Part shown: in pieces, positions 29,238 to 39,407 of the stretch
How the letters are laid out: the number at the start of each line of letters is the position of its first letter
Position numbering within the stretch: position 1 is the stretch's first letter
Assembly (NCBI GenBank): GCA_963816145.1
Contig: CAWFJP010000001.1
Coordinates: forward strand, 367,358-431,357
Length of the DNA stretch: 64,000 nt
Source: an uncultured delta proteobacterium
GTDB lineage: Bacteria > Desulfobacterota > Binatia > UBA9968
Direction: 5' to 3'
The notes under the pieces: model-generated
Seen by the model: the letters and a program-made list of their open reading frames with translations, nothing else
Database searches by the model: none
What the model was told of the DNA's origin: nothing
Program-made: the position numbers and the translations under genes

Positions 29238-29326
29238 AGACTCTTTCCCATCTGGCGCAGTTTGACCTTCCAGCCCGCCTCGGCGTATGTATCAAAGGCA
29301 CATCTTCTTAAGAAACGAGTCATTTA

Positions 29327-30358
29327 ATGTTGAGCTTAAAAGTCGGCGTCACCAAGAATCCCCGCTTCGAGCCGCTCATCGACGGCAGCGTCAAATCGGC
29401 CAAAGTTGGTCTGAACATCCATGTCACGACGCCGCCCGAGCTGTTTTTCAAAAATCTCAAGAACGACGAGTTCGATGTCTTCGAGATGTCGCTGTCGGAA
29501 TTTCTCATCACCCGAGAGCAGGCCAAAGGCGACCGCTGGCAGTGGGCGGCATTGCCGATCTTTCCCGCCAAAGCATTTGTCTGGATGACCTTGTTCGTCA
29601 ACACCGGCGCCGGCATTCAAGGACTCTGCGATCTTGAGGGCAAACGCGTCGGCATCCCCGATTACGTCATGACCGCCGGTCTGTGGTTTCGCGTCATCCT
29701 GCGCGAACTCTGCAACATTCAGCCAAAGGACATCTCCTGGTACATCGGCCGGGTCCAAGACCTGAGCCACGGCGGTTTGCTCGGCATGGACACCCGCCCC
29801 CCCGCCGGCGTGTCGACAAACTGGCTTACTAAAGAGCAGACCTTTGACGTCATGCTCGACAAAGGCGAAATCGACGCCGCCTACGGCTTCGCGCCGCGCC
29901 ACGACGCCAAACTTATGACGCTCAACATCGACCGCTATGGCGGCACGCCGCTGGAAGGCAATCCGCGGCTGCGCAAAATGTTCGCCGACGGCGGTCTGTC
30001 GATCGTCGAGCAATTTTACAAAAAAACCGGCATTGTGCCGGCGAATCATGTCATCGTCGCCCAGCGCCGCCTGCTCGAAGAAAACAGTTGGCTGCCGGCG
30101 GAAATCGTCCAATTGTTCAGCGAGAGCAAACGGATCGCCTACGAGCGCGGCAACTATGGCAATCCCGCTTATCTTTATTTCGAGCGCAGCGATCGCGCCA
30201 GCCAAGAAAAAATGGTCGGCACCGATCCATTTCCGTTCGGCATCGCCAATAATCGAAAAATGCTCGAAACGCTCTTTCGCAACTCCCACGAGGAAGGCTT
30301 AACCCAACGCCTGGCAAAAATCGAAGAAGTATTTTTCCCGGCCCTGCTCGACACATGA
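29327..30358 (+). CDS. 4,5-dihydroxyphthalate decarboxylase-like PBP2-fold protein
   Basis: FDVFEMSLS, LPIFP, DLEGKRVGIPDY..TA and DPFPFGI motifs; no signal peptide. Confidence 0.75.
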   Translation: MLSLKVGVTKNPRFEPLIDGSVKSAKVGLNIHVTTPPELFFKNLKNDEFDVFEMSLSEFLITREQAKGDRWQWAALPIFPAKAFVWMTLFVNTGAGIQGLCDLEGKRVGIPDYVMTAGLWFRVILRELCNIQPKDISWYIGRVQDLSHGGLLGMDTRPPAGVSTNWLTKEQTFDVMLDKGEIDAAYGFAPRHDAKLMTLNIDRYGGTPLEGNPRLRKMFADGGLSIVEQFYKKTGIVPANHVIVAQRRLLEENSWLPAEIVQLFSESKRIAYERGNYGNPAYLYFERSDRASQEKMVGTDPFPFGIANNRKMLETLFRNSHEEGLTQRLAKIEEVFFPALLDT

Positions 30359-30424
30359 CGATCCGGCAATTTGGAATCTGGAATTCGTAATCTGTAATTG
30401 CCGACGAGCGCAGCGAGGAGAAAC

Positions 30425-31522
30425 ATGGCAAAGCTATTCGGCACCGTCGACGCCGACGGCCACTTGGAAGAAAATCATATCGACTGGAAGGCGCGTCTGC
30501 CGGAAAAGTATCAAAGCCTAGCGCCCGAGCGGCGCGATAGCGGCAACGGCCAACTGCGCACCATCATCGAAGGCAAGGCCTGGCCGCGCCCCAGCGGTCT
30601 CGGCATCGGCGTTGGCGGCCCCTACAGCCGACCCCACCCGCGCCGCCCCGGCATGACCGATCCGCATGCGCGCCTGGTCGACATGGATAGCGAAAAAATC
30701 GATGTCGCGGTGCTGTTCGGCGCTGGACTTGCCGGCACACTTCCGGCATTGGAAGACGCGGGGCTCGCCGCGGCGCTGGCCAGCGCGCGCAACTCCTGGC
30801 TCGCCGAGTATTGCGCCGCCGACCCCAGGCGCATCAAAGGCACCGCCGCCCTGGCGCAGCAAGACATCGACGCCAGCGTGAACGAGTTGCGCCGCAGCGT
30901 CAAAGAACTCGGCATGGTCGGCGCCTCGATCTTTCCCAACGTCAAAGGCCGCCACCTCGGCGACTCCGCTTATTTTCCGCTGTACGCCGAAGCGGAAAAA
31001 TTAAACGTTCCCATCTGCGTGCATATGTTTCTCGGCCGCTACGGCTCCGACGCCACCGGCACCGAGCGCGTCGACAAGTTTTTTTACTCGCATCTGTTCG
31101 GCCATCCGTTCGAGCAGATGATCGCCCTATCGGTGATCCTGGGCGAAGGCGTGCTCGACCGCTTTCCCAAGCTGCGCTTCGTGTTTTTAGAATCCGGCTG
31201 CGGCTGGTTGCCCTATTGGTTTCACCGCATGGACGAGCATTTCGAAGTGCTCGGCGTGCAGACGCCGGACTTGAAAGCGGCGCCGAGCAAACTGCTCGAA
31301 CGCGGCCAGCTTTATTTTTCCTTCGAGGCGGACGAAAGCGAACTCGCCCATGTCATCGAAGTTTTCGGCGACGATTGGTTGGTCTTCGCCTCAGACTACA
31401 GCCACTTCGACAGCCGCTGGCCCGGCGCATCGGAGCCGATCGTCAATCACCCAAGCCTAAGCGACGCAACCAAACGAAAAATTCTGAATGACAACGCGCG
31501 CAAGCTCTACCCACTGGACTGA
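30425..31522 (+). CDS. Amidohydrolase_2 family protein
   Basis: DADGH, PICVH, FLESGCGW and FASDYSH motifs. Confidence 0.9.
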   Translation: MAKLFGTVDADGHLEENHIDWKARLPEKYQSLAPERRDSGNGQLRTIIEGKAWPRPSGLGIGVGGPYSRPHPRRPGMTDPHARLVDMDSEKIDVAVLFGAGLAGTLPALEDAGLAAALASARNSWLAEYCAADPRRIKGTAALAQQDIDASVNELRRSVKELGMVGASIFPNVKGRHLGDSAYFPLYAEAEKLNVPICVHMFLGRYGSDATGTERVDKFFYSHLFGHPFEQMIALSVILGEGVLDRFPKLRFVFLESGCGWLPYWFHRMDEHFEVLGVQTPDLKAAPSKLLERGQLYFSFEADESELAHVIEVFGDDWLVFASDYSHFDSRWPGASEPIVNHPSLSDATKRKILNDNARKLYPLD

Positions 31523-31531
31523 AACGAGGGA

Positions 31532-32470
31532 GTGATGTTGTTGCGACTTTTGCTTTTATTCGTCCTATCGGTCGGATCCGCCGGATCCCTCGCCCGCGCC
31601 GAAAACATCAAAATCGGCCTGCCGTCGGTGACCATCACCGCCATGCCGTTCTTCGTCGCCAAAGAGCATGGCTTCTTCCAACAAGAAGGCCTCAATGCCG
31701 AGATGGTCGTGATGCCGGCCTCGCTCAACATCAAAGTGCTGCTCGCCGGCGACATTCAATACGCCGCCACCATGGGTTCCGCCGTCGCCGCCGCCATCCG
31801 CGGCATCAACGTGCGCATCGTCATGCTGTTCGTCGACCGGCCGCTGCAGGACCTCGTCGGTGCCGCGAGCATCGCATCCATTGCCGACTTGAAAGGTAAG
31901 ACCGTAGCGATCTCGTCGCGCGGCGGCCTGCAGGACATCATCATGCGGCGCATCCTGACCCAGTCGAAAGTTGATCTGAATTCAGTGAACGTCATCACCA
32001 TTCCCGGCCAGACCGCGATGATCTCGGCGCTCAAGACCAACCGCGTCGCCGCGGCTATGTTGAACCCGCCGTTTAATTTTATCGCCTATCGCGAAGGACT
32101 CACCAACTTGGGCTTCTCGGGCAACTTCGTGCGGTTGCCGAGCACCGGTGTGGCGACTTTGGGCGAGACATTGGAAGCGATTCGCCGGATCAAGTCCGCC
32201 GCCTGACCCGCGCCCTGAGCGCGCGCGCGAACTTTCGCTAAAGAAAACAAAGCGAAAGTCTTCCCATTGCTCAAACGCGTCCTGCGCATCGACGACGAAG
32301 ATTTACTGTCGAAGATTTACGAACAACACAAACAAGTCGAAACCGCCGACGGCCGCGTCGATGCCCAGCTCATGGCCGACACCATCCGCGACGCCCGCCA
32401 AACCGAAAACATCACCAAAGAAATTCCGGTTAGTCAGGTTTTTGATTTTTCCTATTTGCCAACGCGATAA
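31532..32470 (+). CDS. SsuA/NMT1-type substrate-binding protein, disrupted at 32170-32220
   Basis: FVAKEHGFF and DLKGKTVAI motifs; removing three single bases restores LERSPDQVRRLTRALARARTFAK, joining ORF 32267-32470 (VFDFSYL). Confidence 0.78.
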
Positions 32471-33104
32471 AAAGGGTAGGTGCAAAACCTGCTTGCTGTA
32501 GCTGGGTTCTGATCGCCAACGTCTGATAATCGATTCACCCGATCCGCCGACGACCGTCGACATAACCAAGCTCGCATAACAGTTAAACGCGCTTTGTTAT
32601 TCCACCGCTTTCAATGACCTGTCACAGCCGGCAAAGCCTCGATTCTCGATCAGTCTCATCCGTCGGCGCCCAACTGTGCCGAAACAGATCTTTCCGTCAA
32701 GCGATACTTCCACGTTTCGAGAATAACCGAAACGTCAAAATGTTGGCTGGACGAAAAAGTCCTACACACTCTTTTCTAATTAATGCCGAATCAGTCGATA
32801 AAGCACTCTCTTTGCCGAGGTTTATTTGACAGGTCAACTTTTCGTACGCAGAAATGCTTAAAGATTTCAGCTCAGAGCATCAATTGCCGCGTCACTTTTA
32901 TGGGCGCGCGTCTTTCCAGCAAGCTTTGCACGAAACGGGGTCTTATAATGACTCCATTGTTTCCCACTGAATGCCAATTGACCGGCAACTGTTAACCGCT
33001 TGGCACTACCAGGCTGACACCTGGAATTCGTTCCGCACTGGCGCGTGCCCGAATATCTCTTTGCGCTCAACTATTTGCCACTCGACCATCCACGTTTTGC
33101 CGCT

Positions 33105-33120
33105 CGGCACGGTGATTGCT
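33105..33120 (+). promoter_or_regulatory. Sigma54 (-24/-12) promoter
   Basis: CGGCACGGTGATTGCT, close to the consensus TGGCACG-N4-TTGCW. Confidence 0.7.
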
Positions 33121-33276
33121 TTCTGACGAATTACTGTGAGCCAAGACCATTAAAAGAGCAGGATAGACCAAAATGCGTCACAGAGTAATTAAGGTGCTAA
33201 TGATCGCAAGCATGCCGCTGGCAGCGACGATAACGCAAGGCTTCCCACTGGAGCTGGGCGGTACAGAGTCCCGTCG

Positions 33277-34212
33277 ATGAATAGGATGGATGTGCTTACC
33301 GTGTCTGATCTTAACGATTCACGAACAATCGACGACACATTTGTTTACAAAGGCAGCGAAATTCATTTTCGCTCTCTGGGACAGGGATCGCCGCTGATTT
33401 TTGTCCATGGTTTTGGCGCTTCCATGGATACCTGGCGGTTGTTGGTAAAAGATCTACGCGATGAATTTCACCTGGTGTTTCTTGATCTTAAAGGCCATGG
33501 CTATTCGGCGCGGCCGCGCGATTCACGCTACTCCATCGAAGACCACGCCGGCGCTGTCCTTGGGTTGATGGAACACCTCGAGCTCAAGAGCGCCGTTTTA
33601 GTGGGTCACTCTCTCGGTTCGGGTGTGGCACTCGTGGCGGCTTTGAACGAGCTAGCCAAACCTACTCGTTTGGTGTCGAAACTTGTTTTGCTCGCGGGGT
33701 CGGCACATCCGGAGCAGTTGCACTTTTTTGGACGGCAGTTGCACCTTTTTGGAGGGTGGTTGGGAGCGCCGGTCATCGCATGGTTAATGACGAAATTGAC
33801 TCCAACGCGTTTCATAACCCGAATGGCCCTGCGCCATGCTTTCTATGATCACGCGAAGGTTACGGATTCCCTGATTGAGCTCTATGCGAAATATCAGAGA
33901 ATACCGGGAACGTTTTATGCTCTAATGCGGACGGTTCGAAACTTCATTGCCGCCGATTTCGAATTCGTGAGACGATCGTTGGGACAAATTCAGATCCCCG
34001 TGCTCAACATACTCGGGGAACATGACCGCATCGTGCCGCGATCGACGGCTGAGGCTTTACGCAAGTTATTGCCCCAATGCAGCCTGGAGATCATTGACGG
34101 CGTCGGGCATGTTCCTCAGGAAGAGTGCCCGGAAGCCGTGGTTCAGCTCATCAGAAATTTCGTTCGTACCCCTGTAGCAGACCTTTATAATCGACGATCG
34201 ACACAGTGGTAA
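33277..34212 (+). CDS. Alpha/beta hydrolase
   Basis: HGFG, DLKGHG, GHSLG, GEHD and GHVPQEE motifs. Confidence 0.9.
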   Translation: MNRMDVLTVSDLNDSRTIDDTFVYKGSEIHFRSLGQGSPLIFVHGFGASMDTWRLLVKDLRDEFHLVFLDLKGHGYSARPRDSRYSIEDHAGAVLGLMEHLELKSAVLVGHSLGSGVALVAALNELAKPTRLVSKLVLLAGSAHPEQLHFFGRQLHLFGGWLGAPVIAWLMTKLTPTRFITRMALRHAFYDHAKVTDSLIELYAKYQRIPGTFYALMRTVRNFIAADFEFVRRSLGQIQIPVLNILGEHDRIVPRSTAEALRKLLPQCSLEIIDGVGHVPQEECPEAVVQLIRNFVRTPVADLYNRRSTQW

Positions 34213-34473
34213 GTCGACTCCACCGCGATCCGCGCTATCTTCGATTGATGGGGAGCTGCCCAAGAGTCGGCGCCTACGTCGTAAACATCTCCGTCCACAA
34301 ATCGAAAACAAATTCGCCATTGATCATTGACGGAAATGGAGTCTTACCCGCCCGGTCTCGTGAAAGCTGATGGACAAAAAGATTCGACGCAGAGACACGG
34401 AGGACACGAGAGAGTTTTCGGGTATCCGGTCTCGCGCACTCCGCGTCTCTTGCGGTGAAATACTTCCGCTCTT

Positions 34474-35415
34474 TTACAGTTTCGCCAGATCGCTGATCTT
34501 GCCGCGCCGCCCCGCGTGATAGAAGTTGGGCCACTCCTCGACCTGCGCGTCGTGATAGTTTTCACGGTACCATTCCGCCACTTCGCCGGCGGTAGCAAAC
34601 CAAACCTTTTTATGTTTCTTGGCGTAGCGAATAAATTCGCGCAAGAGAAACGCGCGGAACGGTCGACCGCCGACAAACGGGTGATTGCCCCACATCATGA
34701 ACTTCGGATCACTCGCGCCTTCTTCATAAAGACAATCGAACGTGTCGATCCACATCTGCAACAGATCGCGCGGCGTTCTGCCGGCGCGCTGATAGCTGGA
34801 ATAATCGTTCAGGTCTTGGAAGTAGGACAGCACCGTCAGCTCTTTTTTTCCAACCTTGAGTGTGTACGGCGTCTCCTGATGCTGCGGGTCCATCCAATAG
34901 GTATAGCCGCATTCGAGAATCACTTCCGGCGTGGAAAAGCTCGGCGCCACACCGGTGGACAAATAGCCCACCGGCGCTTTGCCGACGACCTTTTTCACCG
35001 CCGCCGCGGTTTTCACCAAATCGCGCTTTTCCTGGGCGCGCTTTTTCATGTAGCTGTAGTCATGAATCCAGGTCTCGGTGCCGATCTCGTGGCCGTATTG
35101 CGCCGCGTCCTGAAAAATCTCCGGATAGTTTTCCACCGTGATGCCGGTGGGGAAGAAACTGGTGCGGATCTTTTCACTCTCGAAGACTTCGAGCATGCGG
35201 TAGATGCCGACGCGCTCGCCGAACTCGCGGTCGGTGATAATTGCTAGATTGCGCTTGGTCTCGGCGTTGCGCGGAAAGCTGCGGCGGTTTTCTTGCTGCA
35301 AGGTATTCGGCCCACCCAAGTCTTCCGGCCAGGTTTCAAAGGCCACACAAGGCGTGATCGCGATGCGCGCTCCGTTGGGCCATTTGATCGGCTTGCGTTT
35401 AGGTTTAACTTTCAT
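34474..35415 (-). CDS. Polysaccharide deacetylase family protein (PuuE-like)
   Basis: WPNGARIA, EFGERVGIYR, GHEIG and NHPFVGGRPFR motifs. Confidence 0.85.
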   Translation of the reverse strand: MKVKPKRKPIKWPNGARIAITPCVAFETWPEDLGGPNTLQQENRRSFPRNAETKRNLAIITDREFGERVGIYRMLEVFESEKIRTSFFPTGITVENYPEIFQDAAQYGHEIGTETWIHDYSYMKKRAQEKRDLVKTAAAVKKVVGKAPVGYLSTGVAPSFSTPEVILECGYTYWMDPQHQETPYTLKVGKKELTVLSYFQDLNDYSSYQRAGRTPRDLLQMWIDTFDCLYEEGASDPKFMMWGNHPFVGGRPFRAFLLREFIRYAKKHKKVWFATAGEVAEWYRENYHDAQVEEWPNFYHAGRRGKISDLAKL

Positions 35416-35642
35416 ACTGCCTCCCTAGAAGTTCAAAAAATTTTTCTACTCATGCCACAGTTCCGAGCCATTGCCAACTAAACATGGAAAAAGCAAAGGC
35501 GGGTTGCAAAACCCGCCCCTAGACAAATCCTAATTCGTCTATATGTTCTTTGCGTTCTTTGCGGCTCATCCCCCTCCGCTTTCCTCCCCCGCTTGCGGGG
35601 GAGGATGAAGGTGGGGTGTGCCCTTTGCAGTTCGATTTCTTT

Positions 35643-36677
35643 CTACCTGAACTGCGGCATGACTTTCTCGGCGAACAGGCGAATGCTTTTTAGCGCCATC
35701 TCCTGCGGCATACCACCGAAGTGAAAGGTGCCGGAGATCGTCGTCAAGCCATTGGGCTCGGCCCATTTGCGGATCGTGTCGGCAACCCGCTGAGGATCGC
35801 CCGCCAAGACAAACCCTTCCTTGATTTGAGTTTCGGCATCGCGCTGGATCAGTAGGCCAACCTCTTTGCGGTCGGTATCCGCGGCCTGATGAACTACGAG
35901 ATAGTTGTCCAGATAAGGCCCTGCTTCTTCGATGGCTTTGTCCAGACTGCTCGATACGTAAATGTGAAACTTTCCCAGGATGTCCGTTTTGCCGGCGTCA
36001 TGCCCGGCTTTAGCTAGATTGTCGCGATAGATTTTTATAAACCCCGGCAACGCCCCCGGATCACGATAAAGATACGGCAGCGTCATCAATTGAAAACCCT
36101 TTTCGCCGGCCCAGCGAAACGAGTCTTCGGTGCGCGCGCAGCCGACCCAGAAGCGCGGATGGGGCCGTTGCACCGGCTTGGGAAACACCGGTACGTTTTC
36201 ATAATTGAAAAACTCGCCCTTGAAGCCCACCGGCTTGTCCGACCACGCTTGCAGCATGACCTCGACGCCTTCGTACATGCGCCCGGTCGCTTCCTTCTGA
36301 TCGACACGGTACTTTTTGTACTCATGGGCTTCGCTGCCCTTGCCGACGCCGAAATCGAGCCGGCCATTGGAGATCACATCGACCATGGCGTACGACTCCG
36401 CCAGATCGATGGGATTGTGCAGCGGTAAGACGCTGATGGCGATGCCCAGACGAATTTGCCTGGTGGTCCGGGCGATCGCCGACATGAACGTCGGCGGATG
36501 GGGCAGATCGCCGCCGTAATGGGCAAAGTGATGCTCCGTCACCCAAATATGATCGTAGCCAAGCCGGTCCATCTCTTCCATCTGACCGAACATTTTCTGG
36601 TAGAACTCGCTCACCGATCCGTCGAGATCCGGCACGTAGGTCGGTAGATAATGCGATCCAAACTTGGTCACGCTCAT
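35643..36677 (-). CDS. LLM-class flavin-dependent oxidoreductase
   Basis: WVTEHHF, ISNGRLDFGVG, PKPVQRPHP and LFAEKVMP motifs. Confidence 0.92.
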   Translation of the reverse strand: MSVTKFGSHYLPTYVPDLDGSVSEFYQKMFGQMEEMDRLGYDHIWVTEHHFAHYGGDLPHPPTFMSAIARTTRQIRLGIAISVLPLHNPIDLAESYAMVDVISNGRLDFGVGKGSEAHEYKKYRVDQKEATGRMYEGVEVMLQAWSDKPVGFKGEFFNYENVPVFPKPVQRPHPRFWVGCARTEDSFRWAGEKGFQLMTLPYLYRDPGALPGFIKIYRDNLAKAGHDAGKTDILGKFHIYVSSSLDKAIEEAGPYLDNYLVVHQAADTDRKEVGLLIQRDAETQIKEGFVLAGDPQRVADTIRKWAEPNGLTTISGTFHFGGMPQEMALKSIRLFAEKVMPQFR

Positions 36678-36771
36678 TGCTCAAAAACCTCCAACATCAG
36701 CTCTAATCATATAAAGTTGTCGCCGGGCAGAAGTCAACGCTGCAATCCCGCCGCCGCGCGCGGGGCGCAAA

Positions 36772-37737
36772 CTATTTGATCCCCAGCTCCTTGTTGATCT
36801 CGCGCTGCAATGTGAAATCGAACACCTGCGCCACCGGCACCGGCTGCGCCAAGCCGAGGATCTGAGCATCAAGCGCCAAATATTCCTTGATCTCGTCGTC
36901 GCTCGGTATGCCGCTGCCGGTAAAGGCCGCTTTTGACGCTCGATAACTGTCGTTGGCGATTTTGTAGTCCGACTGCCAGATCTTCGCCAACAGTTCGGAC
37001 GCTTCTTTTTCCTGGTCGAGAAAATATTTATTGGCTTGAGCCCGGGCGCGCAGGAAGCGTTTGATGTAGTCGGGCCGATCTTGCAGCAGCTTGACGTTCA
37101 CCGCGGCGCCATTCTGGATGCTGGCGAATTTATCGGTCGAGGTTTCAAGAATGTTCATGCCGAACTTTTCCTTGGCGATCTGCGCATAGGGCGGGCTGAT
37201 CGCCGCTACTTGAATCGAGTTGCCGGTCAACGCCTGGAGCTGCACCGACTCTTCACCGATCTGAATCGAGGTCAACTCCTTGTCGGCGTTGAGTCCATGC
37301 AGCGCCAACATCCGTTTCGCCGTAGTGTGCTGGCTGCCGCCGAAGGTGACGATGCCGAGGGTCTTTCCCTTCAATTCCTTGATCGATTTGTATTCGGGCC
37401 GCGCGACCAGAAAAAACAGCGGCCGGCGCAAGGTTACGGAAATAACTTTCAGCGGCGTGCCGCGCTGGATCGACCGGATCGCGCTGCCGATGGAGCCCAG
37501 CACGTCGACGTCGCCGGAGATCCCCGCGGTGATCGCCAGGTTCGCCGACACACGAATCAGTTCGGCGTTCAAGTTTTGCTGTTGAAAATACTTGAGATCA
37601 CGGGCGATAAATAAATCGATGGACGTCATGCCGCCGCTCGAATAGCTGATGCGTATCCGCTCCGGCGCCGTCTGCGCCAGCGCCGTGCCGGCAAGCAACA
37701 AAACCGTTAGAAGTCCGTTAACCAAGGTTTTCAACAT
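36772..37737 (-). CDS. SsuA/NMT1-type substrate-binding protein
   Basis: Signal peptide; ELKGKTLGI and VFDFTL motifs. Confidence 0.85.
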   Translation of the reverse strand: MLKTLVNGLLTVLLLAGTALAQTAPERIRISYSSGGMTSIDLFIARDLKYFQQQNLNAELIRVSANLAITAGISGDVDVLGSIGSAIRSIQRGTPLKVISVTLRRPLFFLVARPEYKSIKELKGKTLGIVTFGGSQHTTAKRMLALHGLNADKELTSIQIGEESVQLQALTGNSIQVAAISPPYAQIAKEKFGMNILETSTDKFASIQNGAAVNVKLLQDRPDYIKRFLRARAQANKYFLDQEKEASELLAKIWQSDYKIANDSYRASKAAFTGSGIPSDDEIKEYLALDAQILGLAQPVPVAQVFDFTLQREINKELGIK

Positions 37738-37821
37738 TGCAACCCCCCCATTTGTCACATCGATTTCTCCGGCAAGCTTCCCAACGTCGTCCACAATCTT
37801 CAATCTCTAGCGGTCGATTCC

Positions 37822-38002
37822 CCGTAGCTTGCTGCGTTGCACTCATTCCCATTCCCAAGTCCGTCATTCCCGCACGCTTTTAGCAGGAATCCAGGCGAGT
37901 CCGGAATCGGACCCCCGATAAAAACATTCGGAGGTGACGCCTTTGGGAAAATTCTCATCGAATCGTTCTGATACCCTGCTGCTGGTAGCGGAGTTCTTCA
38001 AT
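37822..38002. repeat. Composite repeat containing a GTCATTCC...GGAATCC (family D) hairpin pair
   Basis: gtcattcccgcacgcttttagcaggaatcc...ggacccccgataaaaacattcggaggtgac, bracketed by ccccgtagcttgctgcg and ataccctgctgctggtagcgg. Confidence 0.6.
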
Positions 38003-38018
38003 TCATCCTCGACCCCAA

Positions 38019-39326
38019 TCAATAGTCCACGCACTTCGCCATACCCTGGCCCCAAATATCCGCGCCGCCGATCAAGACATCGCGCGCTTCCAACGGCAGC
38101 ACCGCCCCCGCATCGACCGGCGCCGCGCCGGGAAAAGGAAATATCTTGATCTGCCGGTACGGCCCGATCACTTTGTCCATCGCCGGCAACTCAATGGGGC
38201 GATCCAGGCTGCCCGTGCTGATCGCCGCATCCGCCTCTGCCACATTGAAGAGCACCGGACTATCCGTGCCGAATTTGCCGCCGTTTTCATAAGTTATCAA
38301 AACCGCCTTGATACCTTGGCGCTCGCAGGCGCGCAACGTGAACATAACATCGACAAAAGCATTGCCGCCGCCGATCCAGGTCACCAGCGCGCCATCGGCG
38401 CCCATTGATTTCGCCAAGCGCGCGGCGTTTTGCGCGCCGACTTCCTTGCCATGAGAGGTTTCGAAGCGAATGCGTTGCAACACCACGCCGCCAAAGTTGA
38501 GCGTCTTGCCATGGGCCGTGTACAAGCCCAACACCAGCGGATGATTCTGCCAGTCCCAGGTGGTCGGATAGTAGCCGCGCCCCGAGCGCGTCGTGTCGAC
38601 CGTCACAGCACCATCGAACAGCTCGTTGGGATGAACGTAGGTCGCCAACGAGCTCCGAAGCGACAAGCCGTAATAACCGATGCCCGAATGAACATGCTGC
38701 GGATCAGTGATGACGCCTTGGATCAGCATCACCTTGGGCAGGCGGGAATCGGCATCGTTCAATTCGAACTTGACGACGTTCGCAGGTGACAGTTCGGCAG
38801 TGACCCGCGCTAAGCGCTCGGCAACTTTGAACTCCGCCAATTGAATCGCGGTGTGTGCATCGAGCTCCGCTAGACCGTCGACGATCTTGAAGCTGATCAC
38901 CAAGTGGCAGAGCGCGCTGAAGCGCGACAGCGCCGCGCCGGGCCCCGACATGTCGAGGATCGCGCTGCGCTGCACCGTCGTGCCGGCACGGATCGTCCCT
39001 TCATAACCTGCCGCGGCGATGACTGTCATGCCGGAAAGCCGATGGGTCCGCCCGGCACCGACATCGGCAACATCGCCAACCACTCCGGCAAATACCTGCC
39101 CGCCACCGGAAACTTTGTAGCGCGGCTCAACGATATCGCGAATGCCGGTGATGCGCGTCTTCTCCCCCGGCAGCGCCACCGCCAGCGAAATATCCTCGAT
39201 GCGCGAGTCCTCGCGCACCAATGCAACGATTTCGCCTTCGTCGATCTCGAGCACCTGATTCTCGTACGAGAAACGGTGGCTCAAGCGAATCTGCTTCACG
39301 GGGTAGTCCGCGATCTCAAGTTTCAT
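38019..39326 (-). CDS. Glycine/sarcosine/betaine reductase component B proprotein-like (GrdE family)
   Basis: MKLEIADYPVK, RDIVEPR, GRTHRLSG, IDMSGP-like LDMSGPGA, HPNELFDGA, QNHP and GGGN motifs. Confidence 0.8.
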   Translation of the reverse strand: MKLEIADYPVKQIRLSHRFSYENQVLEIDEGEIVALVREDSRIEDISLAVALPGEKTRITGIRDIVEPRYKVSGGGQVFAGVVGDVADVGAGRTHRLSGMTVIAAAGYEGTIRAGTTVQRSAILDMSGPGAALSRFSALCHLVISFKIVDGLAELDAHTAIQLAEFKVAERLARVTAELSPANVVKFELNDADSRLPKVMLIQGVITDPQHVHSGIGYYGLSLRSSLATYVHPNELFDGAVTVDTTRSGRGYYPTTWDWQNHPLVLGLYTAHGKTLNFGGVVLQRIRFETSHGKEVGAQNAARLAKSMGADGALVTWIGGGNAFVDVMFTLRACERQGIKAVLITYENGGKFGTDSPVLFNVAEADAAISTGSLDRPIELPAMDKVIGPYRQIKIFPFPGAAPVDAGAVLPLEARDVLIGGADIWGQGMAKCVDY

Positions 39327-39407
39327 GATTGCTAGTGCTCGATTTCATTCCGGCAAAACCACTGGAACATTTGGAACGACTGGAACCATTGGAACCTGTT
39401 TATTGAA

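Noticed and set aside
32204-32206. In-frame TGA in the SBP gene as selenocysteine or readthrough
   Set aside because: The surrounding roughly 45 bp only make sense after removing three single-base insertions; the TGA lies in the shifted segment.
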